The notes under the pieces: generated by a model
What the model was told of the DNA's origin: nothing
The model's database searches: none
The model's input: the letters and a program-made list of their open reading frames with translations, nothing else
Shown: positions 28,913 through 36,799 of the stretch, in pieces
Layout of the letters: the number at the start of each line of letters is the position of its first letter
Position numbering within the stretch: position 1 is the first letter of the stretch
IMG/VR virus record: IMGVR_UViG_3300050821_004765
Location: 1-64,000 of that record
Length of the DNA stretch: 64,000 nucleotides
Reading direction: 5' to 3' (one strand)
Source: a virus
Position numbers and translations under genes: made by a program

Positions 28913-30091
28913 TTAGCCAAACACAATCGTGTCGAAGAGGCCGAGTTGGACAATAGTGTCACAGACGCTGGAGTCGCTATCGCCGTCGGTACCATTGGTG
29001 AGGTCTTGAATGAGAAATTGGCGGTAGTACGCACTAAGGTGCATACCGAACCCATTCATGATAGGTGCAGTTCGAGTTTGCTTAGCTGCTTTAGCCTGCT
29101 CAGCTGCATCTGCGTGCAGTTGCTTGCTTTGGTCAAAGCTTTCTGGCAATACCCCGCCAAGCTCGTCTGGGTTGCAATCCTGGCTATGTGGCGGGTTACC
29201 CAAGCTATCACGCCCACCAAAGCACCATTCCCAGAACCGCATGATGCCTAGCTCAATGGTATCGATGGTAATTGCTAGTTGTAGCTGCTGTTTGCCATCC
29301 TGCATCTTGGCTTCGCCGCTGAGCAATGGGTGGTCTGCTGACAACCCAAAGTTGCTGAAGGTGTTGCGTGGGTACATTTGTGTTGTTGGGTTGGGGTCGT
29401 CGATGTCGCTGAGGTCTGGGTCTGGGTCTTCAGCGTCAACGACGATTGCCTTGAATGCGGCTAGCTCTGCCGTTTGGTCTGCAGGGTCGTCGTCATTGTA
29501 GCTGTAACCGGAGTTGTAGCCAGTTTTGTAGTCTAGCAGCTTGGCCCAGTAGTTGATACCACCTTCACAGGCAGTGGTGAACACATACTGCAGGAACTCT
29601 ACTCGTGCTGGAGTTCGGGGCATTACCACATTATCTAGCATAGTTGGGCGTTTTACCTTTCTGCGGAGTTGCCTGGTATAGTAATTGTTGGGGCCGAACG
29701 ACGGCTCTGGGATAGTAATTTCATGCAAGGGCAGTATGTTGTTGTGCGCAAGGAGGTTGGCAGGCAAGTCGTGGTGAATGTTAACAGAAAATTTGCATGT
29801 AGTACAAACGTAGTCGTTATGGGCTTGTCTAGGGTCTGCGGTCCAGGAAATATTGTTGGTGGCTCGGCCAGCATCTGCGCCGCGGTACCATATTGTACCA
29901 TTGGTATCCCTCCTGGCTGGGTAGAGCGTGGCGATGTCTAGTGGTGGCATGTTAAAGGTCTTGCCCAGCCGATATGCTGAGCACCAAGTGCCCAACAAAT
30001 CTACAGTTTGGCCAGCAACCATTTGGGCCCTCTGCGCAAGTGTGCATACCGTAGCTGACAATCTGCTTGCTGACACCGCAATCGCTGTCAT
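28913..30091 (-). CDS. Hypothetical protein (start uncertain)
   Basis: C-terminal region with TACEGGINYWA and DTIVQLGLFDTIVFG looks like a conserved phage domain. Confidence 0.6.
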   Translation of the reverse strand: MTAIAVSASRLSATVCTLAQRAQMVAGQTVDLLGTWCSAYRLGKTFNMPPLDIATLYPARRDTNGTIWYRGADAGRATNNISWTADPRQAHNDYVCTTCKFSVNIHHDLPANLLAHNNILPLHEITIPEPSFGPNNYYTRQLRRKVKRPTMLDNVVMPRTPARVEFLQYVFTTACEGGINYWAKLLDYKTGYNSGYSYNDDDPADQTAELAAFKAIVVDAEDPDPDLSDIDDPNPTTQMYPRNTFSNFGLSADHPLLSGEAKMQDGKQQLQLAITIDTIELGIMRFWEWCFGGRDSLGNPPHSQDCNPDELGGVLPESFDQSKQLHADAAEQAKAAKQTRTAPIMNGFGMHLSAYYRQFLIQDLTNGTDGDSDSSVCDTIVQLGLFDTIVFG

Positions 30092-30214
30092 AGCCGATCA
30101 CTATTGGTGTGTCAAATGGGTACTCTGCGTGAACCTCTGTTGGGTTTGTGCATAATGCACTAAGTAAGTCACCTAATGTGCTAGGTGTTTTATCTGGTTC
30201 TTGCTTTTCTGCCA

Positions 30215-30601
30215 TTAGTAGCGCACCACCTTATTCATATCATCGTCTGCTTTGTCGATCACCTTTGCACTTTCTGGGCAAAGGTATGTGGTTGCGTAAT
30301 ACCCCGCCTCAGCGGCTTCGTGTGGGCTATTGTATTTGCTAAGCAGCAACGTTGCTACCATATTCGCGCCAGCGTCGGTAGGGTTGTTTTGCAGAATGGC
30401 GCAAACCTGCGTGCCGATAATGTAGTCTTTGCTGCTTTGCTCCGCGGTATATGGGTTAGTTGGCGGTTCTGCAGTAAGTGGTGTCTGGGTATCTGTGCTG
30501 GTTGGGTCTGGGTGTGCAGTGGCGGGGTACATAGCCGCTGCTACAGCCGTGGCTGCCAGCGCTAGCAAGGTTTTGGCTGCAGTTTTGGTGGGCATTACCA
30601 T
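30215..30601 (-). CDS. Secreted DUF732-like protein
   Basis: Signal peptide (LLALAATAVAAAMYPATAHP), GTQVCAIL...YLCP two-Cys pattern. Confidence 0.6.
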   Translation of the reverse strand: MVMPTKTAAKTLLALAATAVAAAMYPATAHPDPTSTDTQTPLTAEPPTNPYTAEQSSKDYIIGTQVCAILQNNPTDAGANMVATLLLSKYNSPHEAAEAGYYATTYLCPESAKVIDKADDDMNKVVRY

Positions 30602-31407
30602 TTTTGTGTGCCTCCATGGAGTATGTTTTTGAGTTGTTCGTTGGTAAGTGCATTCGCTTTGGAGCGAATGCGCGCCACTTCTTCGAGTGTACGAAATGCC
30701 GGTGCTTTATCCTTTCGGTTCTTGGCATTTGGCAATACGTGCTTAACGGGCGCTTGTTTAGCATCTGGGTTGTCTGGGTTATTCAAGTTGATTTGGTCTT
30801 CTGGGCGCTTTGCTTCATATTCAGCAATAGCTTTTTCTACTTCTGGTATGGGATTAAACGCTAGGTTTGCAGCTGGGTGTAGCTGCTGTTCTGATTTCTT
30901 TTGCTGCTCACGTGCGAGCTGTTTTGCGCGCAATCTGAGGATTCTTTTTGCTTCTGGGCTTACTATTTGGTCTAGCCCAACGCTAGCATCCATGAGTGCT
31001 GCATGCCCTAAGCGCGCGGTCGAGCGTGCGTATGCGACTGCTTCTTTATGGCTGAGTCCAGTTGCCCGCATCTTGCGGTAGTACACAACGTGCTGTTTGA
31101 GTTTTGGATCTAACCCCGCCTGGAGTATGCGGTTGTACTCGTGACCTCTGGGGCGCAGGTGCGGTGGAAGCTTGGTGGGGGTGGCCTCTGTGATTGGCTG
31201 GGAGACTTTTTTGTCGCGCATATTTTGCGCGCGTTTGGCTTGGGCTCGCTGTAATTGTCGCTTACGGTGCGCTGCGGATGATGCTTTTGAACGGCGGTAA
31301 TGTGCCAAAGCGTCTTTGGAAAGTGGGTCTAACCCCAGCTCTCGCATACCTAAAAACTCGTCGCGCGTCTGGCCTGGCAGCCTTGGCGGTAGCTTTTCGT
31401 AGCCCAT
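30595..31407 (-). CDS. Basic hypothetical protein
   Basis: 270-aa K/R-rich ORF downstream of promoter 31475. Confidence 0.7.
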   Translation of the reverse strand: MGYEKLPPRLPGQTRDEFLGMRELGLDPLSKDALAHYRRSKASSAAHRKRQLQRAQAKRAQNMRDKKVSQPITEATPTKLPPHLRPRGHEYNRILQAGLDPKLKQHVVYYRKMRATGLSHKEAVAYARSTARLGHAALMDASVGLDQIVSPEAKRILRLRAKQLAREQQKKSEQQLHPAANLAFNPIPEVEKAIAEYEAKRPEDQINLNNPDNPDAKQAPVKHVLPNAKNRKDKAPAFRTLEEVARIRSKANALTNEQLKNILHGGTQKW

Positions 31408-31474
31408 TTTACTGCCCCCTAACGGTTTGAAGAGTTGGAGTCGGGTGGCCTCGCGGTTTTTCGCTGAGGTCTTA

Positions 31475-31503
31475 AGTATACCTTGGCATAACCGAAAAGT
31501 AAA
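31475..31503 (-). promoter_or_regulatory. Promoter TTTACT-N17-TATACT
   Basis: Minus strand TTTACT tttcggttatgccaagg TATACT. Confidence 0.7.
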
Positions 31504-31569
31504 TATCTAAGGGTTTGCAGAGGTGAATAGGAGTGATACTAGAGACTGCACTAGGTTATTCGGCGAAAA

Positions 31570-31805
31570 GGTAACCATGGTTACCGACGAGCGAACCCAT
31601 GGTAACCGCTGGTCGGAGGGGGTATAGAGCTAGAGGTAACCAGTTAACTAGCGCACGACTAGTCTCCCTATAGGTATATATACGGGAGCCCTATATAACC
31701 CCTATTTTCTCGCTGATGCGTATTCGTTTTTATTTGGTAAAAGCTAACTTTAAGATATAAAATATAGGTTGATCAGGGAAAATAGAGGTTACCAAAGGGG
31801 TAACC
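31570..31805. repeat. Six GGT(A/T)ACC repeats around an AT-rich tract; candidate origin or packaging region
   Basis: Copies at 31570, 31579, 31601, 31635, 31787, 31799; 16-bp palindrome GGTAACCATGGTTACC. Confidence 0.6.
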
Positions 31806-32073
31806 AGTTAGGGGGTGATGGTTATCTTATTGATGTATAATATTAACGCTTGCGTTAATTATGAGTTGCAGCTCTGAATTTGTATTTTTAACAGTTTACC
31901 ACTTTCAAACGCTGCAACGCGCGTATAAGTCAGCTTATATTGTTAGGTGGCCTAGCAAAATTTCCGGCCTCCAGCACCATAACTCACAGGTGGCCTTAGC
32001 GCTAATATTTGGGTAAGTTACGAGTTGCAAGTTATCAAAAAGTTACGTTACTCTTTTCATGTTTCCGTAACGC

Positions 32074-32114
32074 AAAAAACCGGGTCGCCCCACAAGTCAG
32101 TGAAGCGCCCGGTT
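32074..32114 (-). terminator. Intrinsic terminator ending the early leftward unit
   Basis: CCGGGCGCTTCAC-loop-GTGGGGCGACCCGG followed by T6. Confidence 0.8.
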
Positions 32115-32190
32115 CAGCAGGTGGCCTAGAAGTAGTAAGCAAACAGGAACGTCAACGCCCCACCCACCATTCCCATACCAATAGTAAACA

Positions 32191-32475
32191 TCAGCGGTCC
32201 ATTCGCTTTCCTTCATTCAAGTTAAACTCCACTAGCGCTTCGGCCATACACCAAGCGCACACCAGAGAGTTATCATCATCGGGCGTCAGCAACACCGCGG
32301 GGGATTCTCCGGGAATACCACAACGCTCACAAACACCAGTTTCGGTAAACGGTACCGTACTAGCAATAAGTAGTTCTTCTACCATTCCGCGGTCTTCAGC
32401 CACGGTAGCATCGCGTAACGTCGTCACCAACGTTACCGCAAAATCTAGGTAGCTACTATCCCAAGGTTCAGTCAC
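32191..32475 (-). CDS. Small zinc-binding protein (CERC..CAWC), lacks His and Gln
   Basis: GAGGGA RBS, GTG start. Confidence 0.6.
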   Translation of the reverse strand: MTEPWDSSYLDFAVTLVTTLRDATVAEDRGMVEELLIASTVPFTETGVCERCGIPGESPAVLLTPDDDNSLVCAWCMAEALVEFNLNEGKRMDR

Positions 32476-32520
32476 GATATTCCCTCATTTCAGTTTCGTA
32501 GGCAAATTTAAATGCAGGAA

Positions 32521-32544
32521 TAAGGGCGACCAAGGTCGCCCCTA
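32521..32544 (-). terminator. Hairpin with CUUG loop (weak terminator or processing site)
   Basis: UAGGGGCGAC CUUG GUCGCCCUUA. Confidence 0.5.
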
Positions 32545-32556
32545 TCACCAGATATA

Positions 32557-32661
32557 TCAACGCGCGGCCTTTCGAATAGCCCAAGCTTCAGCTTTCGCAA
32601 ATAACGGCGGTAGTAGCGCTACCAGCAACAACACAGTCGCCGCGCTTACCCAGAACATCAT
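32557..32661 (-). CDS. 34-aa membrane peptide (not in ORF track)
   Basis: MMFWVSAATVLLLVALLPPLFAKAEAWAIRKAAR. Confidence 0.5.
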   Translation of the reverse strand: MMFWVSAATVLLLVALLPPLFAKAEAWAIRKAAR

Positions 32662-32666
32662 TTCGG

Positions 32667-32870
32667 TTACGCCACTTTCGCAACTACAGCGAGCGCGTAC
32701 TCGATTTCAGCAAGTAACGCCGGCATCGTTCGGTAGATACTCACACCACGGCGTACCGCCCGCAAATACGCATCACCTTTCGGGCCGCGTTTCACAGCAG
32801 GCACCTTATACTTATCCGCATACGTTTCCGCGCGGGTAAGCACAGCATTATACATCTCAAGACTCGTCAT
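32667..32870 (-). CDS. Hypothetical early protein, lacks His and Gln
   Basis: RBS AGGAAAGG and start context AGGTCTCTGAAATG. Confidence 0.7.
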   Translation of the reverse strand: MTSLEMYNAVLTRAETYADKYKVPAVKRGPKGDAYLRAVRRGVSIYRTMPALLAEIEYALAVVAKVA

Positions 32871-32974
32871 TTCAGAGACCTTTCCTAGGCACAGGAAAGA
32901 CGTACCGATTAGTACGCCATACCCGAACCGGGGAAACTTATTCCACCCGGTTCGAGTAAAGCGCGCTAAGCGGT

Positions 32975-33319
32975 TCAGACTTCGACCGGAATACCGAGCG
33001 ACTCCAGCAGGGCAATCGCGTCGGCCTTCTTCTTCTCAGTCCGCTCCGCGTTCTTCTCGGTCCGCTTCGAGGCAGTAACGGCGTTAACCGCGGCCTTCAG
33101 TTCCGGCGAACCGTTCTTCCAGGACTGGAACTCGGAGTGGTACTTAACGACGGCGGCGATCTGATCGGCATCGAGTCCCAGTTCCGGGAAACGCTTCTGG
33201 AAGTAAAGCGTTTCCAGAGCGACCGTACCAGTCACCTTCGCTTCGCTCGCTTCGCCGACAACGCTTTCCAGCTCGGCGATCACATCGGCGTTAGCGGAAA
33301 CGATTTCAATAGCAGACAT
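32975..33319 (-). CDS. First gene of the early unit; HSEFQ-motif protein
   Basis: Start context AGGTCTTTGAAATG; paralog of 15297-16025. Confidence 0.8.
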   Translation of the reverse strand: MSAIEIVSANADVIAELESVVGEASEAKVTGTVALETLYFQKRFPELGLDADQIAAVVKYHSEFQSWKNGSPELKAAVNAVTASKRTEKNAERTEKKKADAIALLESLGIPVEV

Positions 33320-33375
33320 TTCAAAGACCTCTCAGTTCGTCCGTTCGCTCGGATCGGCGAATCGGTACGTCTACG

Positions 33376-33410
33376 ACGCTACTGGCCCGGCGAGAGAAAG
33401 TCTAGTCCGG
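33376..33410 (-). promoter_or_regulatory. Promoter TAGACT-N17-TAGCGT
   Basis: CCGGAC TAGACT ttctctcgccgggccag TAGCGT. Confidence 0.7.
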
Positions 33411-33717
33411 AGCGAGATCGTTACCTAATCGTTACCGAAGTCGATACAGGCCTCTCATTCGCCCGTACACGAACGCAAGCCCGTCTCCGGTCCCGTCTAT
33501 CGCGACGCGCGGTATCGTCCGCGACACGAGCGTACAGCGGCCCGCACGAACGGGCCTACCGACCGCGCGACGGGTCGCCGGAGCGGGCGTTCGAACGTAC
33601 GTACGAAAAGTAAGGTAACCCTAACCCCTAGGGAGGGCGGTGCAGCTGTTCCGTGCTCGCGAAATTTTTGCATGCACGTATAAAAACAACTTAGCCTAGC
33701 TAACTGTTGTAAGCGCG

Positions 33718-33729
33718 TATACTACTCAC
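33718..33729 (+). promoter_or_regulatory. -10 box TATACT positioned for a leaderless transcript of 33730
   Basis: TATACT 6 nt before the ATG; no RBS; no clear -35. Confidence 0.5.
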
Positions 33730-34311
33730 ATGACGCTCCCCTGGGATCACCAAGACGAGTACCCAAGTCCACTTGGGTCTGGCCCCACGGCTATCAACTA
33801 TGGGTACCCATTCCAAGTGGTCGGCCCAACTACACCAGAGCGTGCAGCCGAAGCACGCGCCACAGGCATTCCCAATCCATCACCACCCGTCGAGTACCAA
33901 CCGCCTCGGTCGCCAACCTACGACCCAACCTATGGCGGACTCCCACCCGACAAAAATACCAATTTCAACCCCAAGATGCCCAGGGACCCATTCAACACTC
34001 TACACGCCAGAGAGTCAGAAACAGAGTTCTCTTGGGGTGAGGGCATGTACCCAGACCCCATCCTGGACTACAGTGGCAGAGGTTCACGCTCCAGATTCCC
34101 GGTCGCGGACCCAGATGTCAGAGACCAGCTCCGCAACCTTGCTGCGCTACGGCGTACTGACCTCAGCAGTCCCTTCGCAGTCGCAGACCCGTACGTTGCT
34201 GGTAACCCAGACCGCTATGGTGCGCAGCCGCCGTTGGTGCGTAAGCGCGGGCGTTACAAGCGTGGCCACATTGATATCCCCAAGCCCCCACGTATGCACA
34301 GAGAGTGGTGA
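33730..34311 (+). CDS. Pro-rich hypothetical protein
   Basis: First rightward ORF. Confidence 0.6.
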   Translation: MTLPWDHQDEYPSPLGSGPTAINYGYPFQVVGPTTPERAAEARATGIPNPSPPVEYQPPRSPTYDPTYGGLPPDKNTNFNPKMPRDPFNTLHARESETEFSWGEGMYPDPILDYSGRGSRSRFPVADPDVRDQLRNLAALRRTDLSSPFAVADPYVAGNPDRYGAQPPLVRKRGRYKRGHIDIPKPPRMHREW

Positions 34312-34320
34312 CGCACGCAA

Positions 34321-35583
34321 ATGGCACCGCAAAACCAACAGGTCACCCCGGCATTTGTCAGCACAGAGGCACGCGAAGCGCACACCAAAGCCGTTGTACA
34401 GGCGGGGTTGATGTCACGCAATGACCAGCTACGCTTAGGCTTTCTTAAACCGGAGGACCTGGACGACGAAGAGATTGCGCATGGCACTGCCCGTGAGCCA
34501 GATGAAGACCCTGACATCCCGCTCAGCAAGCACATTGCGCGCCGGCAACGGCGCACGGGCAAGAACCGCAAGCGCACTGCATTGGGCACGCACAGCTACT
34601 ACATGGCGCCCGACCAAGCTATGCCGCTCGACGTGTTTACTGCCATGCAACAGGAGCACCAGAGGAGACTGGACAACTACCTGCGCAGCAATATCAACGA
34701 GGCATTGACTACAATTGTTGAGGTTATGCAGGACCAGACTGCAGAGCCGCGCGACCGCATGGATGCAGCGAAGTACATATTTGAGCGCGTGGCGGGGAAG
34801 ACACCTGACAAGGTCGAGGTTAAAGTTGATAAGGCACCCTGGGAAGAGGTGCTTACTGGTATTGCTAACGTTAGCCGTAGCATATCCCAGAAACTCAACA
34901 ACGCCACCAACCAAGACCCCAATGACCCAGACAATATCATGGATGTGGAATCCATACCAGAAGAAGATTTACCACAGCCGCGCATGTATGGGTACATCCA
35001 GACTACTACAGACTTTGACCCCACAAACCCCTACCAGCCACAGCCACAAACAGAAGACAACCAAACTGCTAACTTTGATATTAACCAGCCGCAAGAGGCT
35101 GGAGCTATGCCGATTTACCAGCCGGCAGGACAAGAGCTAGCTGTCCCTGACCACGACGAACAAGCTACGGTGCCGAGTAGCCAGTTTGCGCCACCACACC
35201 CCAGGGCCAATAGCTTTGCTGCGCCAGACTTTAGCAACCCGCGGAATACCTCCAGCACGATGCCAAACACCTACGACCACCCGTTATACCAGGCACAAGA
35301 GGTGTACGCTGCGCCGAGCGAACCCTTGAGTGGCTACCTGCGCGAGCAGCAGGCACGAGCTGAAGAACTAGCAGTAGAGCGGAAAGCACAGAAAGCCAAA
35401 CAAAAGGACACACAGGATAACCGGAAAGCTGCAAGTAAAGCACGCTTGCAAGCTAAGCAACGCCGGATCGTGCGGCGCACCATGGGCATGGATGCCATGG
35501 ATAACAGCGAAATCCAGATGACAGAAACGCCATTAGGTGATACAGACAGTGAAGAATACCAGATTAAGTTCAGCGCGGACTAG
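34321..35583 (+). CDS. Possible terminase small subunit with long disordered tail
   Basis: Helical core (EALTTIVEVM...RMDAAKYIFERVAGK) and position upstream of terL. Confidence 0.5.
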   Translation: MAPQNQQVTPAFVSTEAREAHTKAVVQAGLMSRNDQLRLGFLKPEDLDDEEIAHGTAREPDEDPDIPLSKHIARRQRRTGKNRKRTALGTHSYYMAPDQAMPLDVFTAMQQEHQRRLDNYLRSNINEALTTIVEVMQDQTAEPRDRMDAAKYIFERVAGKTPDKVEVKVDKAPWEEVLTGIANVSRSISQKLNNATNQDPNDPDNIMDVESIPEEDLPQPRMYGYIQTTTDFDPTNPYQPQPQTEDNQTANFDINQPQEAGAMPIYQPAGQELAVPDHDEQATVPSSQFAPPHPRANSFAAPDFSNPRNTSSTMPNTYDHPLYQAQEVYAAPSEPLSGYLREQQARAEELAVERKAQKAKQKDTQDNRKAASKARLQAKQRRIVRRTMGMDAMDNSEIQMTETPLGDTDSEEYQIKFSAD

Positions 35584-35609
35584 AACCCCCAAAAAGTATC
35601 AGGTATACT
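35577..35609 (+). promoter_or_regulatory. Promoter GGAC TAGAAC-N17-TATACT
   Basis: Same family as the leftward promoters; TAG is the upstream stop. Confidence 0.7.
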
Positions 35610-35644
35610 AACTAGTGTGCGCACCCGCCACAGCGCCCACCCGC

Positions 35645-35685
35645 TGCCCTAGCTAGGTTGGACTCGTCACCGCCTAGCTAGGGCA
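35645..35685 (+). other. 13-bp perfect stem-loop in the leader
   Basis: TGCCCTAGCTAGG...CCTAGCTAGGGCA. Confidence 0.7.
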
Positions 35686-35708
35686 ACGGCCCAAATACAG
35701 CAGGAGCT

Positions 35709-35906
35709 ATGATGGCAAGTAGTTGGCAACAAGTTGGCTGCCGTGCTTTGCAGCCGATCCCGCGTGTCGTGGATAACACCGCGGAATTGGCGATCCGGCA
35801 GTGGGCAATTACGTCGAGCCATGTGCCTGTGCGCACCAGTGATATGCCTGGTGGACCTGGTACCTTCAGCCCGTACGGCAACATCAACTTCCTGGGTGGT
35901 ACGTAA
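35709..35906 (+). CDS. Small hypothetical protein ending NFLGGT
   Basis: Strong RBS CAGGAG. Confidence 0.65.
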   Translation: MMASSWQQVGCRALQPIPRVVDNTAELAIRQWAITSSHVPVRTSDMPGGPGTFSPYGNINFLGGT

Positions 35907-35912
35907 ACCATC

Positions 35913-36746
35913 ATGCGAGAGCAAGCTGAGGGCTATGGGGCGGCATTTGACCCGCGTGACCCATACACATCTCACGTTGCCCCGGCAACAGCAGAGCGCC
36001 CCATGCCTGTGCACGGTGAGATTTACGGCTTGCCGCACTGGAGCTTGCTCGAAGGTGCCACTTCCAAATGGGTAAAGTGGCTGTTTCATGAGATAGAAGA
36101 GGCCACCCTGGCGGGGTTGCCAATTGCAGATACTTATGCTCACCATGAGTATAGGGCCGTTGTGGCGGCATTGATCAAACTCAGTCAACGAATGGAGCAA
36201 ATTATGACATTGGTACAGATCGACCAGGTGGTACTTGACACCTTCGCGCAGGAATTCGCAGCGGCTGTGACCGCTGTTGCGCAGGAGATCAACACCTTGC
36301 TGCAGAACGTGCAGCCCGCGCTTGGTAACGCTGACACCACTGCGTTGCAGGCTGCGCTCAATAACTTGGTGGAGCTGGAGACGCCCTCCAGTGGGCCAGC
36401 CCCGACGCCCACGCCGGACCCTACCCCAACGCCGACCCCGGACCCCACTCCTACGCCCGACCCGACGCCTGCACCTGTAGCTACCGGACCAGTGGTGAGC
36501 GGTGTGAGCCCCAATACCGGCTCTGTAGCGGGTGGTGAGAGCATTACCATTTCTGGTAGTGGTTTTACCGCAGCGACGGACGTAACATTCGGCACGGAGC
36601 CCGCGACGGCTTTTGTGATCGTCTCGGACACCGAAATTACTGCGACTGCCCCGGCAGCATCTGCTGCGGGTACGGTCGACGTGACAGTGACTGACGCCAG
36701 TGGGTCGAGTGCTACTGGCTCTGCCGACCAGTACACCACCTCTTAA
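35913..36746 (+). CDS. IPT/TIG (Ig-like) domain protein with PT/PD linker
   Basis: PVVSGVSPNTGSVAGGESITISGSGF...VDVTVT; (PT)nPD repeats. Confidence 0.8.
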   Translation: MREQAEGYGAAFDPRDPYTSHVAPATAERPMPVHGEIYGLPHWSLLEGATSKWVKWLFHEIEEATLAGLPIADTYAHHEYRAVVAALIKLSQRMEQIMTLVQIDQVVLDTFAQEFAAAVTAVAQEINTLLQNVQPALGNADTTALQAALNNLVELETPSSGPAPTPTPDPTPTPTPDPTPTPDPTPAPVATGPVVSGVSPNTGSVAGGESITISGSGFTAATDVTFGTEPATAFVIVSDTEITATAPAASAAGTVDVTVTDASGSSATGSADQYTTS

Positions 36747-36799
36747 TAACCAAGACGAACGTCCCATAGGTAACGCGATAAGCTCACAAGGAGACAAAT

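Noticed and set aside
31570-31805. CRISPR array
   Set aside because: Repeats are 7-12 bp, in mixed orientation and irregularly spaced
32881-32970. tRNA-like element (contains GGTTCG)
   Set aside because: Sequence forms long simple hairpins, not a cloverleaf; no tRNA was recognised anywhere in the window
32009-33613. Plus-strand ORFs 32009-32452 and 33137-33613
   Set aside because: Probably by-products of TG depletion (no TGA stops); no RBS; antisense to better-supported genes
35667-36797. 376-aa minus-strand ORF and similar antisense ORFs (47297, 51408, 62187)
   Set aside because: Antisense to genes with recognisable domains and strong codon bias
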